The notes beneath the pieces were generated by a model. It was given only the letters and a program-made list of their open reading frames with translations. It was not told the origin of the DNA and ran no database searches. Below are positions 1-7,935 of a DNA stretch of 32,000 nt, piece after piece. A program made the translations under genes and the position numbers. The DNA is from Acholeplasma laidlawii PG-8A (GTDB lineage: Bacteria; Bacillota_I; Bacilli_A; Acholeplasmatales; Acholeplasmataceae): positions 300,001-332,000 of the forward strand of contig NC_010163.1 in the NCBI RefSeq assembly GCF_000018785.1, in the 5' to 3' direction. Position 1 is the first letter of the stretch. Each line of letters opens with the position of its first letter.

Positions 1-75
1 GCTGCAGCTGGTAGCATTGCACATAAATATGCAGATACTACAAAAGTACTAGAAGCATACAAAAAAGCTATATAA
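1..75 (+). CDS. C-terminal 24 codons of an unidentified protein (5' part outside window)
   Basis: Frame 1 is open from base 1 (..AAAGSIAHKYADTTKVLEAYKKAI) to TAA at 73-75. A hairpin plus T-run follows. Confidence 0.45.
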   Translation, partial: AAAGSIAHKYADTTKVLEAYKKAI

Positions 76-83
76 TAGATTAG

Positions 84-116
84 AAAAAACTACTTTTCAT
101 CGAGAGTAGTTTTTTT
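84..116 (+). terminator. intrinsic terminator
   Basis: Arms AAAAAACTACT (84-94) and AGTAGTTTTTT (105-115) around a 10-nt loop, ending in a T-run. Confidence 0.6.
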
Positions 117-120
117 ATGA

Positions 121-154
121 ATCACTAGTATATTTTATATTCTAGTGATATGAT
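121..154 (+). promoter_or_regulatory. extended -10 promoter (TGaTATGAT 146-154) overlapped by an imperfect 12-bp palindrome
   Basis: ATCACTAGTATA (121-132) and TATTCTAGTGAT (138-149) are reverse complements with one mismatch and a 5-nt spacer. SD AAAGGAG lies at 161-167, ahead of ATG 176. Confidence 0.45.
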
Positions 155-175
155 GAGGTTAAAGGAGAACTTTTT

Positions 176-886
176 ATGACTATAAAAGAACTACAAACTA
201 TCATAGATACATCGAACTATATCGTCTTTTTTGGTGGTGCTGGAGTATCTACAGAATCTGGTATTAAAGACTTTAGAAGTAAAGATGGTTTATATAGCCA
301 AAAATTTAAAAACTACCGACCAGAAGATATCCTAAGTAGAAGTTTTTTCTTTAATCATACAAAAGATTTCTATGAGTATTTTAGACGCCACTTCTTAGAT
401 ACTGGCATTAAACCAAATAAAGCACATATGTGGCTCAAAGATGCTGAAAGTATCGGTAAAGTTAAATGTGTTATTACTCAAAATATTGATGGACTCCATC
501 AAATGGCAGGTTCAAAAAATGTAGTAGAACTCCACGGATCAGCTCACAGATATTACACAGTAAAAAAGAAACAACCTATTGATGGGTTAACCTACATTTT
601 AAATACTGAAGATATACCAGTAGATAGTGAAGGCGATCTTATAAAGCCAGATGTTGTACTTTATGAAGAACCACTTAACTCTGAAGTAGTAAGAAAAGCC
701 ATAGAAGAAATATCAAAGGCAGATACTTTAATTGTTGCAGGTACATCACTAACGGTTTATCCAGCAGCAAGTTTTATAGAATACTTTAAGGGTAAACACT
801 TAATTGTGATAAATAAAGAGTATATGCAATTTAAACACTTTATTGAAGGTCAAGTTGGTGAAATTTTAAGTCAAATTAAGTTATAA
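176..886 (+). CDS. cobB: NAD-dependent protein deacylase (Sir2/sirtuin family), zinc-ribbon cysteines absent
   Basis: Sirtuin motifs GAGVSTESGIKDFRS, QNIDGLH and ELHGS are present. Length is 236 aa, with an SD upstream. Confidence 0.85.
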   Translation: MTIKELQTIIDTSNYIVFFGGAGVSTESGIKDFRSKDGLYSQKFKNYRPEDILSRSFFFNHTKDFYEYFRRHFLDTGIKPNKAHMWLKDAESIGKVKCVITQNIDGLHQMAGSKNVVELHGSAHRYYTVKKKQPIDGLTYILNTEDIPVDSEGDLIKPDVVLYEEPLNSEVVRKAIEEISKADTLIVAGTSLTVYPAASFIEYFKGKHLIVINKEYMQFKHFIEGQVGEILSQIKL

Positions 887-892
887 GAAAAT

Positions 893-930
893 AAAAAAAG
901 TTCTCAAGCATTTACTTGAGAACTTGTTTA
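893..930. terminator. bidirectional hairpin terminator between the sirtuin gene and tRNA-Gly
   Basis: GTTCTCAAG (900-908) pairs with CTTGAGAAC (915-923). An A-run lies upstream and T-rich sequence downstream. Confidence 0.6.
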
Positions 931-938
931 TTATTTAC

Positions 939-1013
939 TGGAGCCGGTGAGCAGGATCGAACTGCCGTCTAAGCCTTGGCAAGGCCTTGTAATAACCATT
1001 ATACGACACCGAC
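939..1013 (-). tRNA. tRNA-Gly (anticodon GCC), CCA encoded
   Basis: The reverse complement folds by hand into a 75-nt cloverleaf: acceptor GTCGGTG/CACCGGC, anticodon stem AGGCC/GGCTT, loop TTGCCAA, T-arm GGCAG-TTCGATC-CTGCT, 3' TCCA. Confidence 0.9.
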
Positions 1014-1026
1014 ATGTTGCTTTATT

Positions 1027-1055
1027 ATGATATCAAATGCATCCATACTTGTCAA
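1027..1055 (-). promoter_or_regulatory. promoter of tRNA-Gly
   Basis: Minus strand reads TTGACA (1055-1050), 17-nt spacer, TGaTATCAT (-10 at 1032-1027). It ends 13 nt before the tRNA 5' end. Confidence 0.6.
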
Positions 1056-1176
1056 GCCTTATTTCAAAAAAGATTTACTTTTTTTCTAACTTATTCATTT
1101 GTAAGAATTATACCACAAATCTTTGGTAAAAAGAAACCGATAAGTTGATGTTATAATATGTATTAGGGTGAACACA

Positions 1177-2301
1177 ATGAAAAAAAGACTGCGAAAAACA
1201 TGGATTTATTTTTTACTTGGAATTGTAGTAAGTTTTTTTTATGTTTTATTAATTTATGAAAACTTTTTTACACATTTAAATAAGGGCTTAAATACAGTAC
1301 CCTTTTATGTGCACATAATATATATGTTCATAGCTTTATTTCTAGCTATCTTTGCACATGAGATGGGGCACTTCATCTCATTTGTTAAACAAGGCATAAA
1401 ACCCAAGGCTTTATATGCCCTTGGTATCGCCTTTGTAAATGACAATGGACTAAAGATTAGATTCGTACCTAAATTTCTTCTGATGATTGGTGGTATCGTC
1501 ATACCTGATCACTTAAGTATTCAATCTAAGGATGAAGAAGAAACAATGGTTCATAAATTTAAAAGAGTTTTACTAGCAGGGCCTAAAGCATCTATTATAT
1601 ATGGTGTCCTCATAATATTAATCTGGATACTTTGTTTATTTACGAATATATATTGGTTAAATGGATTTTTATTCACCGTGTTGATTGTAACCTCCATCAT
1701 GACAGTGCTTGCTGTATTATCCTCTAAAGTATCTAGAGCAGGTATGTATGGAGACTTTGCAGCAGAAAAAGCATTTGATAAGGATAAACTCTTTAGATTA
1801 ACCTATCTAATCCAGTTAACAACCTTAATTGAGCACGATAAGGAAAGTATGGCATACTTTTGGCCAAGCATCGTAGAGATGCTTGAAACACAGCATCAGG
1901 CGCATTCACAGCTTTATACCAACCTTTTAGGTCAATACATATATGAGGTTGCATTTCATGGGCAAATTGCATGTCTAAGTATTGAAAAGAAGATGAACAG
2001 TTTAATTAGAAATATACCTAAAACTGAAGATGGACTTATCCTTTACTTAAATATTATCTATTACTATGAAGCATTAAATGATAGAACTAAAGTTATTCAA
2101 TTGCTTAATAACTTAAATACAGCGAAGTTTAAGGTAAGTGATAAGGTATTAACTTATTACTTAAGACTCACAAATCACTTATTAGGATTTAAAGATGAAA
2201 CGGTATTTTTAAGTCAACCTAAAAATGTACATACAAGTTCTTACCAATGGGTGTATAAACCACTAAATATTCAAGAAGAATTAAAAGGTATTGTAAAATG
2301 A
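1177..2301 (+). CDS. polytopic membrane protein with an intramembrane HExxH motif (putative zinc metalloprotease-like) and a helical C-terminal domain
   Basis: HEMGH at 1357-1371 lies within a hydrophobic segment, and several predicted TM helices are present. The C-terminal ~170 aa look soluble and helical. The ORF opens at GTG 1168, but ATG 1177 sits 8 nt after AGGGTG. Extended -10 TGtTATAAT at 1149-1157. Confidence 0.55.
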   Translation: MKKRLRKTWIYFLLGIVVSFFYVLLIYENFFTHLNKGLNTVPFYVHIIYMFIALFLAIFAHEMGHFISFVKQGIKPKALYALGIAFVNDNGLKIRFVPKFLLMIGGIVIPDHLSIQSKDEEETMVHKFKRVLLAGPKASIIYGVLIILIWILCLFTNIYWLNGFLFTVLIVTSIMTVLAVLSSKVSRAGMYGDFAAEKAFDKDKLFRLTYLIQLTTLIEHDKESMAYFWPSIVEMLETQHQAHSQLYTNLLGQYIYEVAFHGQIACLSIEKKMNSLIRNIPKTEDGLILYLNIIYYYEALNDRTKVIQLLNNLNTAKFKVSDKVLTYYLRLTNHLLGFKDETVFLSQPKNVHTSSYQWVYKPLNIQEELKGIVK

Positions 2302-3047
2302 AAGATTATACGAAGATAAATCAAAAGATGTTTGATAAATGGGTAGAAGAAGGTTGGCAGTGGGGTATACCTATTACTAAAGAAGTATATGATAAAGCTA
2401 AACAAGGTATCTATGAAATATACCTTACACCCACAAAGAAAGTACCAAATGACTGGTTAAAAGATATTAAGGGTAAACATGTATTAGGTCTTGCTAGTGG
2501 GGGTGGCCAACAAATACCAATTCTACAAGCCTTAGGTGCTAAGGTTACCTGCCTAGATATTTCAGAAAAGCAATTAGAAACTGAAAAGAAATTATCTAAG
2601 GAATTTGGTTATGACATTCATCTTGTTCAAGCTGATATGACAAACCCTCTTCCTTTTCAAGATGAAACGTTTGATCTAATATTTTATCCAGTATCTAATG
2701 TATATATAGAAAAAGTAGAGCCAGTCTTTTTAGAATGCTACCGCATTTTAAAAAAAGGTGGTGTCTTACTTTCTGGATTAGATAACGGGTTTAATTTTGC
2801 TTTTGATGATGAAGACGGGAAAATCTTATTTGATCTTCCATTTAATCCGCTTAAAGACATTGAACAATATGAGTATATGGTAAAGCATGATTACGGAATT
2901 CAGTTTAGTCATACCATGGAAGAACAAATTGGTGGTCAATTAAGAGCTGGATTTAGATTAGTAGATATATATGAAGATACGAATCTATCTGGTTATCTAA
3001 AAGAAAATAACATACCTAGTTTTTATGCAACAAAGAGCATAAAATAA
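2298..3047 (+). CDS. class I SAM-dependent methyltransferase
   Basis: Motif I-like VLGLASGGGQQ followed by an acidic LD, and motif post-II ADM. The ATGA overlap with the upstream gene suggests translational coupling. Confidence 0.8.
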   Translation: MKDYTKINQKMFDKWVEEGWQWGIPITKEVYDKAKQGIYEIYLTPTKKVPNDWLKDIKGKHVLGLASGGGQQIPILQALGAKVTCLDISEKQLETEKKLSKEFGYDIHLVQADMTNPLPFQDETFDLIFYPVSNVYIEKVEPVFLECYRILKKGGVLLSGLDNGFNFAFDDEDGKILFDLPFNPLKDIEQYEYMVKHDYGIQFSHTMEEQIGGQLRAGFRLVDIYEDTNLSGYLKENNIPSFYATKSIK

Positions 3048-3070
3048 AAAAAAGCCTTGATGGCTTATTT
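3046..3070. terminator. short bidirectional hairpin terminator
   Basis: AAGCC (3052-3056) pairs with GGCTT (3062-3066), flanked by an A-run and T-rich sequence. The stem is only 5 bp. Confidence 0.4.
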
Positions 3071-3086
3071 ATATACTTATTTTAAA

Positions 3087-3160
3087 TGGTGCCCAATGCA
3101 AGAATCGGACTTGCGATTCATCCTTACCATGGATGCGTGATACCACTTCACCAATTGGGC
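3087..3160 (-). tRNA. tRNA-Thr (anticodon GGT), CCA encoded
   Basis: The reverse complement folds into a 74-nt cloverleaf: acceptor GCCCAAT/ATTGGGC, D-arm GTGA/TCAC, anticodon stem CATCC/GGATG, loop ATGGTAA, T-arm GCAAG-TCCGATT-CTTGC, 3' ACCA. Confidence 0.9.
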
Positions 3161-3179
3161 AAATTTAACATGCAAAATG

Positions 3180-3188
3180 ATTATATCA
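3180..3188 (-). promoter_or_regulatory. extended -10 promoter element of tRNA-Thr
   Basis: Minus strand reads TGaTATAAT, about 20 nt upstream of the tRNA 5' end. Confidence 0.5.
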
Positions 3189-3405
3189 AACAAAGATGTA
3201 AAAATAAAGTCTTTTGTGTAAACTTTCCTAATGTATGGGATTTTAAACTAAAAGGCCTTGCAGTGCTAAAAAAATGAAATTAATGATATTTATTCATTTC
3301 AATTAAATTTAATTATGTTTTTAGGTTGTGTTATCAAAAATTAAAGTGTATAATGATTCTAGGTTTGAGAAAACCAAGAGATCTAAAGAAGGAGTATTGC
3401 ATTTA

Positions 3406-3603
3406 ATGAAAGGTACTGTTAAATGGTTCGATGCAGGTAAAGGCTACGGCTTTATCACTGCAGACAACGGTAAAGATGTATTTGTTCACTATTCAGCTAT
3501 TCAAACTGATGGTTACAAATCTTTAGCTGAAGGCGACCAAGTAGAATTCGAAATTAAGTCAGGCGATCGTGGAGATCAAGCGGCTAACGTTTCTAAAATA
3601 TAA
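3406..3603 (+). CDS. csp: cold-shock protein (CspA family, 65 aa)
   Basis: [25 protein letters not shown] carries the RNP1/RNP2 motifs. SD GAAGGAG at 3389-3395. The ORF track start at 3328 has no SD. Confidence 0.9.
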   Translation: MKGTVKWFDAGKGYGFITADNGKDVFVHYSAIQTDGYKSLAEGDQVEFEIKSGDRGDQAANVSKI

Positions 3604-3620
3604 TTCGCTTAGGTAAATGT

Positions 3621-3650
3621 AAGAGGTTTAGAAATAAACCTCTTTTTTTT
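3621..3650 (+). terminator. intrinsic terminator
   Basis: AAGAGGTTT (3621-3629) pairs with AAACCTCTT (3636-3644), followed by a T-run. Confidence 0.8.
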
Positions 3651-3693
3651 ATGTTTATTTTTGGTATAATCAATTGTAAGGGGCGATGCGAGA

Positions 3694-4424
3694 ATGAAGC
3701 TAGATCTATTAGAAGTGGATAAAGTCCACTTTAACGAATTAAGGGAACACGCAGATGAACAATCCTATAAAGATTTAATTCGAAATTTTATCTATCAGTT
3801 TACCTATGATTCCATCACGATTGAAGGTAAAAATGCTCTAACCAAGCTGGATGTAGAAAATTTATTAAATAAAAAGATTATCGTTACCCAATTACCAGAG
3901 CGTGAACAAAAAGAAGCTTTAAACTATCAAAATGCTTTTGAGCATGTGATGAAATTGGTATCCTCTAGAAAAGTGTTAACAGAAGATATATTGAAAGACT
4001 TACATGAAATGTTAGTTAGTGGTATATTCTTAGGTGGCCAATACCGTAAGGTAAATATTCAAATCAAACATAGTATGCATCAACCACCTGACTATGTAAA
4101 GGTCTATGACCGTATGGTAAATTCTTTTATGATTTGAAACATTTTAAAGGAACTACACTTCAAAGAGCATGTTTTGCACATGCACAAATCTTTAAAGTAT
4201 ATCCGTTCTTAGAAGGTAATGGACGTTTAGCTAGATTAGTGTTAAATTATATTCTATTATATGATGGTTATATGCCTGTATCGATTCCGGTTTCTGAAAA
4301 AGAAAATTACCTAAATCATATAGATACATTCAAAGAAGAGAAGGATTTATCGCCGTTTGTGGGATTTATTGAAAAACTCTTATTAGATGCATATGAAACC
4401 TATATAGAACAACTAGAAAACTAA
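3694..4424 (+). pseudogene. Fic/DOC family protein (class II, N-terminal inhibitory helix), frameshifted and with a mutated Fic motif
   Basis: Two ORFs (3694-4137 and 4134-4424) together make one Fic protein. SITIEG (3811-3828) matches the [ST]xxxE[GN] inhibitory motif. YPFLEGNGRLAR replaces HPFx[DE]GNGRxxR. The frame change occurs within 4110-4137. Confidence 0.7.
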
Positions 4425-4446
4425 AATCCTCTAGAAGGATTTTTGT
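4424..4446 (+). terminator. intrinsic terminator
   Basis: AAATCCT (4424-4430) pairs with AGGATTT (4436-4442), followed by Ts. Confidence 0.6.
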
Positions 4447-4480
4447 TTTATGTGATATAATTTTTAGTAGGTGAAAAGTT

Positions 4481-5332
4481 ATGAAATTAAAAATTGGACA
4501 ATTAAATGAACTACAAGTTGTAAGAAAAACAGATATCGCGTATTTACTAAAATCAAGTGATGGCGAAGAGGTTTTCTTACATCAAAATGAATCAGATCAC
4601 AGAAAATTAGAGCCTGGACAATTTGTCGATGCCTTTTTATATTTTGACGCTAAAGGGCGTTTGGCTGCAACGCTTCATGAACCCTATGTAACAGCGGGCA
4701 ACCCCGGTGTTTTAAAAGTGGTAGCTGTTAAGCCCGGTTTGGGTGTATTCTTAGATTTAGGTATTTCAAAAGACGTCCTATTATCAAAAGATGACTTACC
4801 AGTTGATGAAAGTTTATGGCCACAAGTAGATGATCAAGTATATGTGGATTTACGTGTTAAGGCAAGATTAACTGCACGACCGATTCCTTATAATGAAATT
4901 CGTTTAATCACTGGAAATTTAAATGTAGGTGATGAAGTTTCAGGTTTTGTTCAAGTCATTGGTAATATTGGTTATTTTATATTAACAGATGAGTTTAATT
5001 TAGTATTAGTTAAAAAATCAAACGTTAGAAAAGCATACCGCTTAGGGGAAATCTTAAAGGTAAAAATTACTTATGAAACACCAAGTGGTTATGAAGGTAG
5101 TTTAATTGATTTTAAAGAAGTTGTTCGTGTAGATGATTCCAAACTCATTATGGATGTTTTAGAAAAAGAAGGCGGTAGAATGCCGTATGATGCAACAACA
5201 GATAGTGAAACCATTCAAAAGGTTTTTGGACTAAGTAGAAAATCATTTAAACGTGCATTAGGTTTATTGTATAAAGAAAGAAAAGTAAAATTTGAAGGAA
5301 ATGAAACAATTTTGGTGAAATCAAATGAGTAA
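4481..5332 (+). CDS. cvfB: S1-domain RNA-binding protein, CvfB/YitL family
   Basis: Tandem S1-like segments plus a C-terminal winged-helix-like tail. Recalled similarity to B. subtilis YitL (..VFLHQNE.., GRLAAT, LGVFLDLGISKDVLL). Confidence 0.7.
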   Translation: MKLKIGQLNELQVVRKTDIAYLLKSSDGEEVFLHQNESDHRKLEPGQFVDAFLYFDAKGRLAATLHEPYVTAGNPGVLKVVAVKPGLGVFLDLGISKDVLLSKDDLPVDESLWPQVDDQVYVDLRVKARLTARPIPYNEIRLITGNLNVGDEVSGFVQVIGNIGYFILTDEFNLVLVKKSNVRKAYRLGEILKVKITYETPSGYEGSLIDFKEVVRVDDSKLIMDVLEKEGGRMPYDATTDSETIQKVFGLSRKSFKRALGLLYKERKVKFEGNETILVKSNE

Positions 5333-6749
5333 AAATAAAAAATTAGTTGAAAGCATTACATCAAGAGATGTAGACTTTAGTCAATGGTATACAGACCTTT
5401 GTCTAAAAGCAGAGTTAATGGATTATTCTAACACACAAGGGTTTATTATCTATAGACCTTTAGGATATGGTATTTGGGAAAATATCCAAAACTACCTAAA
5501 TAATGAATTTAGAAAAACAGGGCATCAAAACGTATATATGCCCATGTTGATTCCAGAAAGTTTATTCCAAAAAGAAAAGGATCACGTTTCAGGTTTTGCA
5601 CCTGAAACAGCGATGGTTACAACAACAGGGGTTGAAAACTTAAGCGAGCGCTTAATTATTCGCCCTACATCAGAAGTATTATTTGGTACACATTATAGTA
5701 AAATTGTTAAATCCTATAGAGATTTACCAAAAATGTATAACCAATGGTGTTCTGTTGTTCGCTGGGAGAAGACTACACGCCCATTTTTACGCGGTAAAGA
5801 GTTTTTATGGCAAGAAGGTCACACAGTTCATGCGACTGCTGAAGAGGCTAAAAAAGAGACACATCAAATGTTAGAAGTGTATGACAAATTAGGTAAAGAG
5901 TTACTAGCTATACCATTTGTTACAGGACGTAAGACAGATAAAGAAAAATTTGCTGGTGCACTTGAAACTTATGCGATTGAAGCATTAATGCATGATGGAC
6001 AAGCACTACAATCTGGTACATCACACTATTTTGGTAATGAGTTTGCTCATGCCTTTGATATCAAATTCTTAAATGATAAAAATGAACTAGAATATGCATA
6101 CCAAACTTCTTGGGGTGTATCTACAAGACTTATTGGCGCTATCATTATGGTACATGGTGATGACAATGGTTTAGTATTACCGCCATATGTTGCACCAACT
6201 CAAGTGGTCATTGTACCAATTAGACCAAATGAAGAAGTGCTAAGTGCTGTTAAACAAATTGAAAATGAACTATCAGATAAATTTAGAGTATTTGTAGATG
6301 ATTCTGATAAATCACCTGGATGGAAATTTAGTGAACACGAAATGAAGGGTGTACCACTACGTATCGAAATTGGTCCAAGAGATTTAGAAAACGGTCAAGT
6401 TGTTGTAACATTTAGACATAACTATGAAAAACATACAGTAGCACTTACTGATTTACATAAGTTTGTTGAAGATGGTTTAAAAACAATGCATGAAGCAATG
6501 TATCAAAAAGCATTAGAAGCTACAACAAGTAGAACTTATGAAGCGAAAAGCTATGACGAATTTAAAGCATTCTTAAAACAGGGCGGATATATTAAAATGT
6601 CAACTTGTGGCGAAGAAGCTGAAATCCAAATTAAGGAAGAAACAGGTGCTACAGCACGTGTGATCCTAGATGAACCACTACTTACAGAAAATTGTCCAGT
6701 AACTGGTAAAAAAGCTACTCAAACAATTCTTTTTGCAAGAGCATACTAA
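5325..6749 (+). CDS. proS: proline--tRNA ligase (archaeal/eukaryote-like short form, no insertion editing domain)
   Basis: 474 aa with class II aaRS motifs, N-terminal ..DFSQWYTDLCLKAELMDYS.., and a C-terminal Tyr. The start overlaps the cvfB stop by 8 nt. Confidence 0.93.
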   Translation: MSKNKKLVESITSRDVDFSQWYTDLCLKAELMDYSNTQGFIIYRPLGYGIWENIQNYLNNEFRKTGHQNVYMPMLIPESLFQKEKDHVSGFAPETAMVTTTGVENLSERLIIRPTSEVLFGTHYSKIVKSYRDLPKMYNQWCSVVRWEKTTRPFLRGKEFLWQEGHTVHATAEEAKKETHQMLEVYDKLGKELLAIPFVTGRKTDKEKFAGALETYAIEALMHDGQALQSGTSHYFGNEFAHAFDIKFLNDKNELEYAYQTSWGVSTRLIGAIIMVHGDDNGLVLPPYVAPTQVVIVPIRPNEEVLSAVKQIENELSDKFRVFVDDSDKSPGWKFSEHEMKGVPLRIEIGPRDLENGQVVVTFRHNYEKHTVALTDLHKFVEDGLKTMHEAMYQKALEATTSRTYEAKSYDEFKAFLKQGGYIKMSTCGEEAEIQIKEETGATARVILDEPLLTENCPVTGKKATQTILFARAY

Positions 6750-6756
6750 TAACTAT

Positions 6757-6800
6757 AAAAAGAAGCAGAAATATCAAATTAGATATTTCTGCTTTTATTT
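6757..6800. terminator. bidirectional intrinsic terminator (proS / esterase)
   Basis: 12-bp stem AGCAGAAATATC (6764-6775) / GATATTTCTGCT (6782-6793), flanked by A- and T-runs. Confidence 0.85.
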
Positions 6801-6803
6801 TGT

Positions 6804-7574
6804 TTAACGCATGAATTGTACAAACTCAGACAACTGAGATGCCCAAAGTGTTTCATTATGGATGCCGCCTTCATAAACCTTATAAAATATAGAGTTTACC
6901 AGTGGTTTAATATGTTTATATATCTTTTTAGATACGTTTGTGTAATCTCTGTTTGCTTTATGATCGTTTTTACCAGATTCATTTGATCCGACTGTAATGA
7001 AATACTTTTGATGAATATCTGGTTTTAAAGTATCCAGTAAATTGTCTAAGCCGGCTGGATTCCAGGAAGCTGAGGTTGATAGACAACCAATACCGCCAAA
7101 TATATTAGGATATTTTAATCCACAATATAAACTAATTAATCCCCCTAAAGAAGAACCCATGATGTATGTATCCTCTTTATCTTTTTTGGTTTTAAATCTT
7201 ATATCAATCCAAGGCTTTAATTCTTCAACGATGAATCTTGCATACTCTTGGCCAAATACAGGTACTCTAAATTCATCAGAATAGGTTTTATAAATGGTTG
7301 AATTATCAAAGGGTGCATATTCATCCATGCGATACTTTGTGTTATCGATACCTACGATAATATGTGGTTCAATTAAACCTGCTTTAGTAAATCTTTCATA
7401 CTGTGTATGTGCATCCCAAATCTCCCCGTAAGAAGATGCTTCTTTAAAAAATAGGTTTTGTCCATCATGCATGTAGATCACTTTAAAGGGACCCTTATGA
7501 TTATCAGGTATATAAACAGATATGTTTCTTTTTTGGTTTAAGATCTTGGATGTAACTTTAAACGTTTTTATCAT
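6804..7574 (-). CDS. alpha/beta hydrolase, putative esterase family
   Basis: Nucleophile elbow GSSLGG. The N-terminus MIKTFKVTSK..ISVYIPD is typical of the family. SD AAGGGGA lies upstream of ATG 7574. The longer 7667 start would overlap yidD by 110 nt. Confidence 0.7.
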   Translation of the reverse strand: MIKTFKVTSKILNQKRNISVYIPDNHKGPFKVIYMHDGQNLFFKEASSYGEIWDAHTQYERFTKAGLIEPHIIVGIDNTKYRMDEYAPFDNSTIYKTYSDEFRVPVFGQEYARFIVEELKPWIDIRFKTKKDKEDTYIMGSSLGGLISLYCGLKYPNIFGGIGCLSTSASWNPAGLDNLLDTLKPDIHQKYFITVGSNESGKNDHKANRDYTNVSKKIYKHIKPLVNSIFYKVYEGGIHNETLWASQLSEFVQFMR

Positions 7575-7800
7575 TTTTCTTTCCCCTTTTCTTTGGTACT
7601 GGATCGTATTTAGGCTTAAAAAGCGGATTACATGTAAGAATCCTTTTGCTGGTAAGTAAACTTGCATAAATGAAATTATGTGTCTCGTAAGCCTCTATTG
7701 CATAGTGGCTACAAGTTGGTGTGTGTCTACATTTATGAGATTTTACTGGTGATAAAGTTTTTTGGTACCAACGAATGGCTTTTATAGCATATTTTTTCAT
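7558..7800 (-). CDS. yidD: membrane protein insertion efficiency factor YidD
   Basis: AIRWYQKTLSP....CRHTPTCSHYAIEA is the YidD signature. Confidence 0.9.
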   Translation of the reverse strand: MKKYAIKAIRWYQKTLSPVKSHKCRHTPTCSHYAIEAYETHNFIYASLLTSKRILTCNPLFKPKYDPVPKKRGKKNDKNV

Positions 7801-7866
7801 ATCGTATTTATTATACTATAAAAAGGGTCCTTTAAAAAATTCACATATATTTATTTATATTAAATA

Positions 7867-7894
7867 TTGATAAAAAAATAAGGTGTGATATAAT
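7867..7894 (+). promoter_or_regulatory. promoter of the EF-G paralog
   Basis: TTGATA (7867-7872), 16-nt spacer, TGaTATAAT (-10 at 7889-7894). SD TAAGGAGG at 7923-7930. Confidence 0.65.
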
Positions 7895-7935
7895 AAAAGT
7901 ACAATGTAAACGCATACATATATAAGGAGGTATTT

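Noticed and set aside
176-886. The Sir2 domain protein as an anti-phage SIR2 effector (Thoeris, DSR or SIR2-HerA type)
   Set aside because: It is a compact 236-aa protein with fully canonical deacylase sirtuin motifs. It has no fused sensor domain and no partner gene (no HerA, TIR, Argonaute or similar nearby). It is monocistronic between two terminators.
939-3160. The segment between the two tRNA genes as an integrated genomic island
   Set aside because: No integrase is present, and I found no direct repeat of either tRNA 3' end near the opposite border. Base composition does not visibly differ from the flanks.
3086-3277. 63-aa ORF in the track
   Set aside because: Its first 75 nt are the reverse complement of a well-folding tRNA-Thr(GGU), and the rest covers that tRNA's promoter. 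It has no SD.
3328-3405. Long N-terminal extension of the cold-shock protein (track start at 3328)
   Set aside because: The canonical Csp N-terminus MKGTVKWF starts at 3406, right after GAAGGAG. The upstream 26 codons cover the likely promoter (TATAAT at 3348-3353).
5200-5332. T-box leader expected upstream of proS
   Set aside because: The proS start overlaps the cvfB coding sequence by 8 nt, so there is no leader space. No specifier or T-box sequence was seen upstream of cvfB either.
7575-7667. Longer esterase start at 7667
   Set aside because: It would overlap yidD by 110 nt in another frame and add a non-homologous 31-aa extension. ATG 7574 has a strong SD.
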